A DNA stretch of 61,023 nucleotides, counting the filler, from Sphacelaria rigidula (lineage: Eukaryota): assembly GCA_964200075.2 (NCBI GenBank). It is 10 parts of 10 records of this genome, joined end to end, with 100 filler letters (N's around TTAATTAATTAA, not from the genome) between each part and the next. Parts side by side here need not be neighbours in the genome. Positions count along the whole stretch, not along the records: positions 48,900 to 54,911 come from CAXNAA020022806.1; positions 55,012 to 61,023 come from CAXNAA020022807.1; 8 more parts are not named here. One strand, written 5' to 3'. A model generated the notes under the pieces. It was not told the origin of the DNA, did not search any database, and saw nothing but the letters and a program-made list of their open reading frames with translations. Shown piece by piece: positions 50,816 to 61,023 of this stretch; positions within the stretch are counted from its first letter, which is position 1; every line of letters begins with the position of its first letter. Made by a program: the position numbers and the translations under genes.

Positions 50816-50985
50816 CACACCTTGGACAATATATGGTCAATAGTTGCAGTAGACAAGAAACATACTGCATAAAGTATAGGTCTGTTGCGATTGTTGTGGG
50901 CCGGCAATAGTTGCAATAGGCCTATAATTTATGCAGTACATTTCTCGTCTATCGCATCTATTGACCACATATTGTCCAGGGTGTG
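50816..50985. mobile_element. MITE family B copy with perfect 8-bp TSD AAAGAATA (hAT- or P-like)
   Basis: AAAGAATA at 50808-50815 and 50986-50993. Nested in a LINE-tail-like repeat that itself lies between another pair of family-B termini (50608 and 51121). Confidence 0.85.
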
Positions 50986-51611
50986 AAAGAATAGAAAGGG
51001 GACGGTACTGGAAAGACGAGCATACGTCTGTGACCACGTTCGAGAGATCGGACTAATGTGCAGAAGTAATACTATTAATATTAATACTATTAATAATTGT
51101 ATATTTTCATTATCCAGGGTGATCAGTCAAGATTTTTGAGGCTACGACTCGCCCCGGGGAAGGGGGGAAAAAAAAAGGGGAAAAACGCGGTTTTAAGAAT
51201 GTCACAATAAACAAGTAAAGAAAAAGTAATAAAATATGATGAGAAAAGGATTGAAAAAATAAAATTAAAAATGAACATGAACCAAAAAAATATGAAACCT
51301 AAAACGACACAAAAAAAAGATAGTAGAAGATAACATAAGATGAGATAACAAACGAATAGTGAAAGATAATGTAATGTAATGAAATAAAATAAAATAAAGT
51401 GAAACAAAATAACGAAAACAGCAAGATAAAATGAGCAACATATATATAAACGTTTATAACAAATTATGATGAAATTATTATACAATATACAAGGTTCCCC
51501 TTCGGGAGGTTGGTACTGGCCTCCCGGGGGTGACGCAAGTCGAAAATGAATCAGTGCTATTCCTTCTTCATATTTTGGAACCAATAATTGTGTGGGAGAA
51601 TATGTACCTTC

Positions 51612-52053
51612 CAGTATATAACCATGGATTCTCGAAAATGGGGTTGAAAAAAAATGAGGTTTCAACTCAGAAGCCGTGCTTTTCCTGACCTAAATTCATG
51701 ACAAATAGCTTTTACATGGACCACCCCATCCCTCCCTCCCGACCCCCCTACAACTATTTCGAGCGAATTCTAGCCTACCGTTCCCCCAAAGGGTATGTGC
51801 GAAAGCACGATTTTGGGGACAAAAAACGTCCTTTTCCACCCCGAAATCGAGGCAAAAATGTGCTTTCGCATATACTCTTTTGGGGGAATGGAAGGCCATT
51901 AATCCCCCGATATAGTTTTATGGAGGTCGGGAGGGATGGGGTGGTCCATATGAAAGTAACTTGTCATAAATTTTGGTCAGGGAATGCACGGCTTTTGAGT
52001 TGAACCCCATTTGTTTTTCAACCCCAATTTCGAGAATCCACTGTTAGATACTG
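51612..52053. mobile_element. Foldback/hAT-like MITE (442 bp, ~200-bp arms)
   Basis: CAGTAT..GGATTCTCGAAA pairs with TTTCGAGAATCC..ATACTG. The flanking 8-mers GTACCTTC and TCACATTC match at 5/8. Confidence 0.8.
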
Positions 52054-53984
52054 TCACATTCCGCAGTTTCAAATGACTCAGACCAAGAGTGGCGGGAAAA
52101 GTGGTGGACACTTCCAGCATGAAGAGCTCGCTTCACGGGCGGTGTGCGGAGGTGGAAAAATCCCATTACGCACGAAACCCGTCACAGCACACATCGCAAG
52201 TGATTGTTACTGAAATAAGGTCGCGTCCCGGTAGTACACGGCGAACTCGTGCAGGGTTCTTTAAATGCCGGCCCGACCCCGCGCGCACGAATTTCAAATC
52301 ACACTTGTATACAGTGCAGTATATATGTATGATACTGCTTGCTGTCTGTGTGTACGTGGTGTACCACCCCTCACTCTGCTACATCTAGTACAGCGGTCGG
52401 TGTTGCAGTTGAGAGTACACTCGCCCTAGGTGGCGCACGCAAATCATCCTAGGTGGCGCACGCAAGAGTAATAGGTCGCCTCTGCCGCTATAATTCCTAC
52501 CTGTATCTTGAGCGGAGCTGTATGGTAGCACAGCCGCTATGGGGCGCAAGCCGGCTGTAACAACTCATACTGCGTGGAGATTTCTACACTGTCTTGAAGT
52601 CATACTGCGCGCAGTTCCCACTTTTGTACGAGTACTGTGCACGTCGCAGAAGGCAATGGCTTCTATACTGTGCACAGTACATGCTTTCAAATTGTATACT
52701 GACTGTAGAAAACTCTTGTCCAGGGTGTAATACATTTCCATACATACCAGGCGGTGAGATCGTGAAATAATCCACAGCACATGGCCGAAGTGGAAGTGAG
52801 GTAATCACCGCAATATTCGCGTGCAACGCCTGTGCGGCCGTACTCTGAGTTGATAACGCTAGAAGAACACCAGTGCAACGGCCGTTTCGGCTGCCGGCAT
52901 GTTTGCACGGCCGTCCCGGTAGTGATGAGACTGTCTGTACCGGGATGTCGCCCCCAGTGCCAGGTACGCCGGCAAGGGTCCATGGCACTACCCACTGGTC
53001 ACGCGACAGGAGCTTAATCTTCGACTGTCGAGGTTTTTGAAGCGGAAATCTTCAGCTCCCAACCCTCACATAAACAGCGGACCATAAACGACGCTTGTTT
53101 GCTGGGTTTCTTCGAGCGTTTGTCCATGACTGAATGAAGATTGATGATGAGGCCGGCAGGATCCGTCGCAGCCTGCGTGCTCAACTGTCACTGCACCCAT
53201 TCTATCTAGCCGTCATCAGACAGCAGGGTGTTGAAAAAACAGAATGCCACGCACCGTGGGTATCCACCGTATCAATGCACACCAGGCCATCAGCGACTTC
53301 CCCTACTGCAGCCGTGACTGTGACCCCTTCCTCTAATACCAATCTACACATTCTTCAGTGTTCTTCACCATGCTTTTGCGGATTGTTATGTTCGCATAAT
53401 TGGGGCACACATTACGCAGATATTACCGTGTTAGAGGCTTCACGTCAAAACTGAATGATGAGGGATCTCAGATCATTCGACTTGTGTTTGCTGCTGACTA
53501 AGTCAAGGCAATGTCCAGCTGTTTTCTACTGCTATGCTTCCATGTTCTCATGACATTCGCTGCATAACCGCTGTCTTCGTGTTCCCAAATCATCGAGAAC
53601 GCAATGAAAATCACGGTGAAAAAATACCCCGCCATGAGCGGGCTTCGGGTGGTTCTTGTTTGAAGTTTTCCACGATCTTGAAGGCTTTTGTGGTTCGGGA
53701 TCGACACCCCGGGAAAAAGAGCCAGCGTGGGCGACTTTCGATGGCCAGAACACACGCCACAGGTATTAGATGACACCCAAACCTGAAAGGTAATGTACCG
53801 CTGCTTCTTCTTCGTGCGCTGCAAAAGAGAGCGCGTGATGAGATGCCTTGCCGCCTGAGGAAACTCGGCAAAAGTGGTGAAAAAGGTGAAATGATACATG
53901 TACATATATATACATACATTTATGTTCCCTCGGTCGCTTACTTTCGGCAACGAAAAGGCGGTTATTTGAATTTCAAAACATTAC

Positions 53985-54140
53985 CTTCGCGGAGGGGCAA
54001 TCCTGGCACGGAAAGAGGCTACGAGCGTGGATCGCCTGACTCTGGGTGAAGAGGTACGGATATTTGCCGCCGTGTGTTTGCTCCGGGGGCAGCCATTGGA
54101 TAGCCGTGCTCCGCGGCGATGTACAGAAGTTGATCTTCAC
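53985..54140 (-). CDS. LTA4H: Leukotriene A4 hydrolase-like M1 aminopeptidase, one internal exon
   Basis: cag|[52 protein letters not shown]|gtaatg, 156 nt, phase 0. QWLxPEQT..PYLFxQxQAIHxRxxxPCQDxPSxK is the conserved LTA4H N-terminal-domain motif. Confidence 0.9.
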
Positions 54141-55719
54141 CTGCTTGGTTCCAAACGGACACGACGGAAGGAAGCAGAGCCGTGGCATCATTCAACCCAA
54201 CCCGCATATATACTCACCACCGTACCATAATATAGTCATTCAATTTTCAACCCTTTTCCTTCCTCGAGAATAGTCCGTGGTCTCAAGGGATGGATGGACT
54301 CGTTTCTTTCCCCGGATGGATGGATACACGCCTCACCTTTGGACACACCAATAAGTCAGTATCGCCGATTGGATAATGACTTATCAGCTTTCACTCTTCC
54401 CGCAACGTTTCGCATCTCTTTGCCGAGACTATTACAACACAGTATAGCGAAAACTTTTTGTTTTGCTTCTCACATTCCCCTATGATTTTCAACAAAGGAC
54501 GCCAGATGCTCCTCCTGCTCCTGCTCCTCCCCCTGCTCCTTTCAAGGAGAGGGCAAAAAAAACAAATCATCTCTCGGGATTCGAAACCGCTTTCTCCCAT
54601 TTTAACTTAGCTTACCGGGGACCGGCGGAATCGATTGATTCATTCCATTGATTGTCGCTACTTGAGTTACTATGAGCCGAGCGACCAGTAAATCGTGCGT
54701 TCGCTTTACACACCACAACTTTTCAAAATATCCAAATCAGCGCGACTCGAGCATAACGCTGTGAAGTGCAGACCAACCTGGTAACACACGGTACCGCCGC
54801 TGAATGACGAAAAAAAAACGAAGAAAAAATATACTGCAGACACTTTCTACGATAGCCCCCCCCCCCCCCCCCCCCCCCCCCAAAAAGCCCCAACAACAAA
54901 ACGCGACACACNNNNNNNNNNNNNNNNNNNNNNNNNNNNNNNNNNNNNNNNNNNNTTAATTAATTAANNNNNNNNNNNNNNNNNNNNNNNNNNNNNNNNN
55001 NNNNNNNNNNNCCCCCCCCCTGATCTCCTTCTCCCTCTCTTGCTTCTTCTCCTCCTCATGCGACTTTTGACTTTTGTTTTTGTGTGTTTCGCTCCTGTAA
55101 AGCTCGTGGATGAAAACTTCTGCCCCAATAGTGTGGTCCTTGCTTCTCTTTGTTTTATTTTTCGCACGGCCTCCTCACCTGAAGCTAAAGAGCCGGGTTG
55201 TGTCTCATTAGTTTACTCGTTTTTCCGGACCAGCAATTTATGGTGCTCATGTCCTGAAAATGATATCGCCAACCTTGTGCACCCTGTACGTTCCCCTTTG
55301 CCTGTGACCTAGAAATGTTGGGAAAATAAGTGCGGATAACGTGGCTGAGAATATACTCCTTCCCCGTTGCAAGAGAGGTGTCGTCAACGCATAGATTGTT
55401 GCAATCTCGCATAGATTGGAGCTGCGAGGACGAAGGCCATTGGCCTACCTGTAGTGCATGACGGTGAGGGAATGAAGGGTGCGTCGGTCTTCGGCCGTTG
55501 TCTCGGGCGAGTTCCCCGCGCCTCCGTCGAGTCCCTCCGCCGTTTCATGCGCCTGAAATTGCCCGCGCGCTGCTCAGGGCTGCGGCTCTCTCCTCACTAA
55601 CCTTTCACATTGCCGTTTACCTCATCCGTGTCTCGCTGGCATGCGACAGACTTCTGTTTACTGCCTGATCATTTCGGGTGCCCCGTCTCAAGGGGCTTTG
55701 CCGGGTTTCCCGGCCCGAA

Positions 55720-56600
55720 TTTATCTCCTCCCATGTGCGTGAGGGTTGCGAGGTACGCCTGCGGTCGGCGATGATACGGAGCCGATGGTGGCGTTATTGT
55801 CTTTCTTCAGCCCGCTGTCATGGTGGCGAACACTCGTCGTTGGTTGGCTTGCGCCCCGACGTGCTGCACTTCGCGCTGCTGGCTCTGAGGGGTGCACATG
55901 CCGTCGAAATTCTCGTGGAGCGTTGGGGTTCCCGAGCATATTTGTCATCACTGTCGTGATGCCTGCCCCAGCCTTTGCCGTCTCCTGATGATACCAGGAC
56001 ATTGGTTGTTCCCGCCCACAGTTGTGCGGGCACACACCGTCGAAGAATCTAATGTAACATCACCAGAATCCGACTTCCTGCCTAGTGGTTTGATGAGCAC
56101 GGTGAAATAGTGCCTGCACGGCAGTCTACGCCGCGAAAGCTGGCAACCAAGAACACGGATAAACGTTGTCGGGCTCGAAAACGACGAGTTGTCTTGGGGT
56201 CGTGAGTGAGAAATTGGACTCTATTGTCTCCACGGCCTCTTCACGGATGTGGGAAATCAGGCCCAAGAGGGCCTATAGGGAAGTACGCGCCCACATACTG
56301 GAGTCCGACCCGTCTTCGCTGTTGCCTAGATCCCCTTGAAGTCTGTTGCATCTAGTGCCTGTTGCAGGACATTCGACGTGGGAATCGCCCAGCTGATGGT
56401 GCGAAAACCGATTTCGTCGACAGGAATCGGATTGCCATTGTCATCTCGGACGATCCGCCGTCGACGTGATGGACGTCGTAAGCCCGGTATCTATCCAGGA
56501 GCTTCGTCCTGTCGGCGTTCCTGTATCTTGGATAGGAAAGCAGATGCGTGGTCTTTTGGTTTACGCGACTCAAGTACCGATGTCAACAGTCTCAGGGGAA
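55720..56600 (-). pseudogene. Decayed Mutator-like (MULE/FAR1-type) transposase C-terminal region with a SWIM zinc finger
   Basis: Across a frameshift the minus strand reads CS..CQLSRRRLPCRHYFTVL (LPCRHYF at ~56124-56104), then FDGVCPHNCGR. This resembles the CxC..GLPCRH and F....HxRW motifs. Several stops. Confidence 0.5.
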
Positions 56601-56824
56601 GATGACGGAAAGTCAAACGGCGTCACTATTCCTATCTGAATGTATACAGCATCAACATTCTGGAAGTGACACTTTCGATTGGTGCAGGATATGATAAATG
56701 GCGAACATATTAAGCAGTCGGAAACAATGGCATAGGCACACTCTACAGAAACCCATACGAACCCCGCTATCCGTGCAATTAATGACTCACCTGCTGGCTT
56801 TGGGCCCTCTGTCATGCAAACCCT

Positions 56825-57465
56825 TGCGGATTTGTTGTGTAGACGAAGCAGGACTTTCCGGAGAAGATAATCGAGGTAGACGACGTCACCGAGGCCCTTG
56901 GAGAGGGGCACACCCTCGACACGGCGGTGGAGTCGGTACCGCTTCCCAGTCCAGCGGGAATGACGACTGCTTCATGAATGCCGTAGCGACCATTATGATC
57001 GCGAAACGTGGGGGGAATGACTGCAAGGAAGCTATGTTACGGCTGGCCAAGGAGCTGAACTTTGAACGTTCAACTTTTTCGCCAGCCGTAATATAGCTTC
57101 CTTGCAGTCACCCTTGCCATGTCTCTTGATGATGACGGTCGCTACGGCATTCATTATCATTACGAAACTTGCGGGGGGAGGGGGGGGGGCTATAGTGCGG
57201 CTGGCGAAGGAGCTAAACTTTGAACGTTGAGCTTCTTCGCTAGCCGTAATATAGCTTACTTGCAATCATCCTTCCCATGTCTCCTAATGATAACGGTCGC
57301 TACGGCATTCATGAAGCAGTCTCCATTGCCGCTGGACTGGAAAGCGGTCCCGACTCCACCGGCGTCTTGAGCGTGTGCCCCTCTCGAAGGGACTCGGTGA
57401 CGTCGTCCACTCCGATTCCCTTTTATGGTAGGTCCTGCTTCGTCTACACAAGACGTGTTCAGGGA
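56825..57465. repeat. Long palindrome with a duplicated hairpin tip
   Basis: Arms 56832-57055 and 57230-57452 are reverse complements. The tip AGGAGCT.AACTTTGAACGTT occurs twice (~57050 and ~57210). Confidence 0.85.
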
Positions 57466-57509
57466 TTCCACTTGTCAGACAGTCCGTGAGCTAGTTCATC
57501 GGTGGGCTG

Positions 57510-57812
57510 TAGCTCACTTGTGGTCAAACATGTGCACATGACCTACGCCTGATAGCTCACCCAGAGTGGACATGCGCGAGTGAGCTACGGGTTGGTAGCG
57601 CACCCACGACAAACATGCGCAGCTCATGTATCTCATATTCGTAGTTCATTCTGACTAAACACGTGTAGCTCACGTAGCTCTCATAGCTCATCCAGGGCGA
57701 ACATGCGCTGATGAGCTACGTCCCGTATCTCACCCAGAGCAAACATGCGCCTCTCATGGAGCTGTCATAGCTCAGTAGGGAGCTACGCCCAAGAAGAGCT
57801 GGCTCGAGCTAC
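57510..57812. repeat. ~43-bp tandem array (AGCTCACCCAGAGCAAACATGCGCAGATGAGCTACG..), 6-7 units
   Basis: Units start near 57511, 57554, 57597, 57643, 57685, 57727 and 57769; the array ends in CTCGAGCTACA. Confidence 0.8.
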
Positions 57813-58713
57813 AGAGACCTGGTGTGTCCGACTCGCGCACTAGTGTTGACACTTTGAGCTCCGGGCCTCGTATCGGTACAATGTTAGGTTGGCAGTCCCG
57901 CGGGAACTGCGCAACCATGCACTGTACTAACATTTGAAAAACGTGCAGTACAAACAGTACAGTACTTCTGTACTGTCTGCATACAGTAGGGGTGTAAATG
58001 CGAGTTTCTGCACCGTATTACAGTGATTGTACTAGAAATGTTGTGAACGGCGTGCAGTGAAGACAGTATAGTACTATCTGTACTGTCTGCAAACTGTGGT
58101 ACAGCGGTCAGCGGACAACGGTACTGGCTAGGCGGTGCATGCGGCGGTGAAAGAGAGACGATGAATGATGCTGACCACACAACCACTGGCCAGAGGACAT
58201 AAAATACCTGTGGTTCACTCGTTCCGTGGATGTTTCAATCAAATCCACCGGCAAATACTCGTAGCGTTGAACACAGTTATTTGCATCGTTCTCAGCGTCC
58301 CATCGTCTTGGAACCCCTGTTTTAAAATTCATTTGGAGTTTTGAACTGACGGACAGACACGACTCAATGCGTGCGTGAGAGGAATAACGTCCTCTCTGAT
58401 GGACTGCATTCGACCGTACCTTATTTAACGTCTATGTTACGTTGAAGAGTCGTAATATTTCAATTATAATCCATGTCTTGAAGAACTGCGCTAAGGTGAA
58501 AATAATGATCACATACCGTGTCGCCCTCTCGGACGTTTTCGGCCGTTTTTACCTACCGCCATCTCCCGCCAAAGCTGGTTCCTCCCGTTCCGCCTCGGTG
58601 ACCCTTCGGTGGGTGCTTCTCTCGAGTTCTGTACACACCCATAACGGGCAAATTTGTACTTTTTCGTGACGACCCGACACGTACTGCCGCAATACGATCA
58701 TGCTCTATTTTAT

Positions 58714-59260
58714 CTCCCGTTTGTCCTCATCGGCGAATATGTAATTTTTGTACGCAACATCAACTGCCGCTATATGTTGGTGATAATCGGCGAATTTGGA
58801 AATTTTAATTTTTGACTTCCTGTTCGTGCTCATCGGCGAGTATGTCTTTTTTTTACCCGATTTGCACTCCCGCTATACGTCCGTGATCATCAGCGAATTT
58901 GCAAAGTTTGACTCCCCGTTCGTGGGTACCGACCAATTTGTAAAATGTTGGCTCGTTGCATCCGACACACCACCCGACATGTACAACCGTTATACGTTCG
59001 TGCTCATCGTCGAATTTGCTATGTGATACTCCCCGTTTGTGCTCACGGAATCGGAATGTTTTGGTACGCTGCCTTCGACGGACGACCCGTCATTGACTGC
59101 CGTCGTGCTCATTGGCAAACGTGTAGTTTTTCACAGAACTCCACGCTCGTGCTCATCGACGAATTGGTGAATTTTTGTTCACCAGCAGATTTTCAAGTTT
59201 GTGCTCACCGGCAAATTCGTTGATTAAACCTTCCCGCCCGTGCTCATCGGCGAAATTGCG
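58714..59260. repeat. Array of ~11 degenerate 24-bp motifs (CGTTCGTGCTCATCGGCGAATTTG) with alternating spacing
   Basis: Motifs near 58718, 58775, 58821, 58878, 58917, 58995, 59034, 59101, 59144, 59197 and 59235. Confidence 0.75.
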
Positions 59261-59521
59261 AAACTCCGCTCCGATCACATGTATACCCCCACAACAATTT
59301 GCTATCGACACACCTCGTCATTTCAGTGCCATGTCATCTCAATATCCCGATGAGTGCCCCGCAATCTCCAATCAAAATCGACGGACGAACCGATATGTCA
59401 ACTGCCTCGCCACTACGCAACCTCTTCCCCATCATTATTTCTGGCATCCCCAACACAACCTCAAGTGTGCTGCACATTTGTATGTGGGCTCCATTGATTT
59501 CCATCAACGTCACGAGTTAAT

Positions 59522-59804
59522 TGTAGTGGTTGAGGACGGTTTTGTCATCTAAGGGAACCTCGAGGCACAGAGTTACAGGTACTCCCCACAAGGGGTCGAT
59601 GGGGTCACGCCTCCGTCTTCCTGGGTCATGTCAGCCTGAGCCGCGACCTTGGGATCGGATGCGACGTTCTTCACGTCCTTGTCGTGGCAGACTGGCAGCA
59701 CCCAGGAAGACGAAAGTATGACTCCGTCGACCCTTTATGGGAGGTACCTGTAATCGTGTGCCTTGAGGTCCTCTTTGATGGCAAAACCGTTCCATCGAAC
59801 TGCA
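59522..59804. repeat. Palindrome / MITE-like hairpin (~280 bp)
   Basis: ACGGTTTTGTCATC..ACCTCGAGGCACA..TTACAGGTAC..CGTCTTCCTGGGT pairs with ACCCAGGAAGACG..GTACCTGTAA..TGTGCCTTGAGGT..GATGGCAAAACCGT. Confidence 0.75.
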
Positions 59805-60104
59805 CCTACCGCTCGATCGGGGACGAAAACGGACATCACTGGGGTCGATGAAAAAATATACCCACGCTCCTCTTGTGCGAAGGACCGCGGGTCAGTTCAT
59901 TCCTTTTCTTCCCTAGTATTGCGCCGGCCGCTGGTCTGGTTTTGCGAAAGTTTTCGAATCATTGAATTATTTCACGATCCATACAATGTAATATGTCCCT
60001 TGTCCCAAAATTTGCAAAAAAAGGTGTATAAGTATCGGAACAGAAACACCACGTCTCGCGCGGTGCTCAGTCTCGAGGAACCATGCATGGCTTTCACACG
60101 TGTG

Positions 60105-60320
60105 CAGCTCGCCCCCGGAAAAACATGTGCAGATGAGCTACGCCGAATTGGTCACCCAGGGCAAACATGCACGAACGAGCCACGGGTTGGTAGCTCACGC
60201 AGAGCAAACATGCGTAGCTGATGTGACTCGTAGCTCACCCATGGAGAACATGTGTAGCTCTTGTAGCTCTCACAGCTCAAAAGGGTGCCACGCTTGAAAG
60301 TGATAGCTCGAGCTACACCG
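60105..60320. repeat. Second copy of the same ~43-bp array element, 4-5 units
   Basis: Same unit and same CTCGAGCTACA end as 57510-57812, in direct orientation. Confidence 0.8.
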
Positions 60321-61023
60321 AGCTGATCTGTTTGATGTGTGAAGGATTCACACGACAAGGAGCCTCAAGTGGAGCACACGTGTCACCCCAACTACAGTTT
60401 CAATGCCACCGAAACAGCGAGAAAAGTATAGCTCGCTTGTATATCTCAAGCAGGGTTAAACTGTGTTGAGAGGAAGATGTGATATCGTAGTTATGTTGTT
60501 CGTGCTCGATCGTTCTCCTGACAATTTACAATATCCACTTTGAAGCGTGTAGGGACACTTGTGCAGCAGCGCTCTTTTTCTTGTTCCCGAAAAAAGACTT
60601 GTCGGTCGGCAATTGCGTAACCCACCAGTTGATGTGCGGCAATCAACCACCAACCGATCGAATACTTGATTCAATAAGCATGTAACTCGTCTAATTTTCC
60701 ACAACCTTGCATGTGCGAGGGCGCATGATCGACTGTACTGAACGCTAGTATCGAAGTATGCCAAACCATAAATGCGTAGTTTGTGTAAAACCAACCAGCG
60801 TGGGTAGTATGTCATCCGATTCCTCCACTTTACTGGAAGCCCAGTAGCGAGTGATGTGGAGCAGCCCCAGTGTTGATGAGGACGACGCCCTGGAAACACT
60901 TCTGTGAGTCTTTCTCTTACCCTACATAGCAACAGTATCCCTTGGACATGTACAGGCTGGGCTGCCTAAGACGCGGACAGGGATGTGAACACGCGATTTA
61001 ACAGCTGAGTTTTAAGTTGTTTT

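Noticed and set aside
53790..53856. Candidate exon AARHLITRSLLQRTKKKQR following the LTA4H exon
   Set aside because: It does not match the expected TYxAxV..ALMSA continuation.
36676..54911. Gene cluster KEA3-CysRS-LTA4H on the minus strand
   Set aside because: The genes lie on different contigs joined by artificial linkers.
58714..59260. CRISPR array
   Set aside because: The repeats are degenerate, spacing is irregular, spacers are partly homologous to each other, no cas genes are visible, and the context is eukaryotic.

Overview
Eukaryotic, intron- and transposon-rich DNA, most consistent with a brown alga or related photosynthetic stramenopile. This is inferred from the long introns, ~50% GC and a bipartite plastid-type presequence on a KEA3 homologue. 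The window is not one locus. It is ten separate contigs of 6013, 6013, 6013 and then 7 x 6012 bp, joined by identical 100-bp N44-TTAATTAATTAA-N44 linkers, so adjacency across gaps has no biological meaning. Spliced genes reconstructed by hand: a partial ABCC/MRP transporter, a partial TPR protein, a partial PH-domain protein, an apparently complete 5-exon alpha/beta-hydrolase with degenerate catalytic motifs, the first exon of a KEA3-like K+/H+ antiporter, the last 3 exons of cysteinyl-tRNA synthetase, and one exon of an LTA4H-like M1 aminopeptidase. The most unusual observations are four. (1) One contig is a single-LTR, circularly permuted Copia element whose two ends meet inside the same MITE insertion. 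(2) A family of 5'-truncated retroposon-like elements appears to target poly(C)/poly(G) tracts. (3) A MITE family has GACAC termini and variable 4-bp TSDs. (4) Foldback palindromes and degenerate motif arrays with 42-43 bp or ~100 bp periods are abundant. All calls are by eye; no database searches were run.
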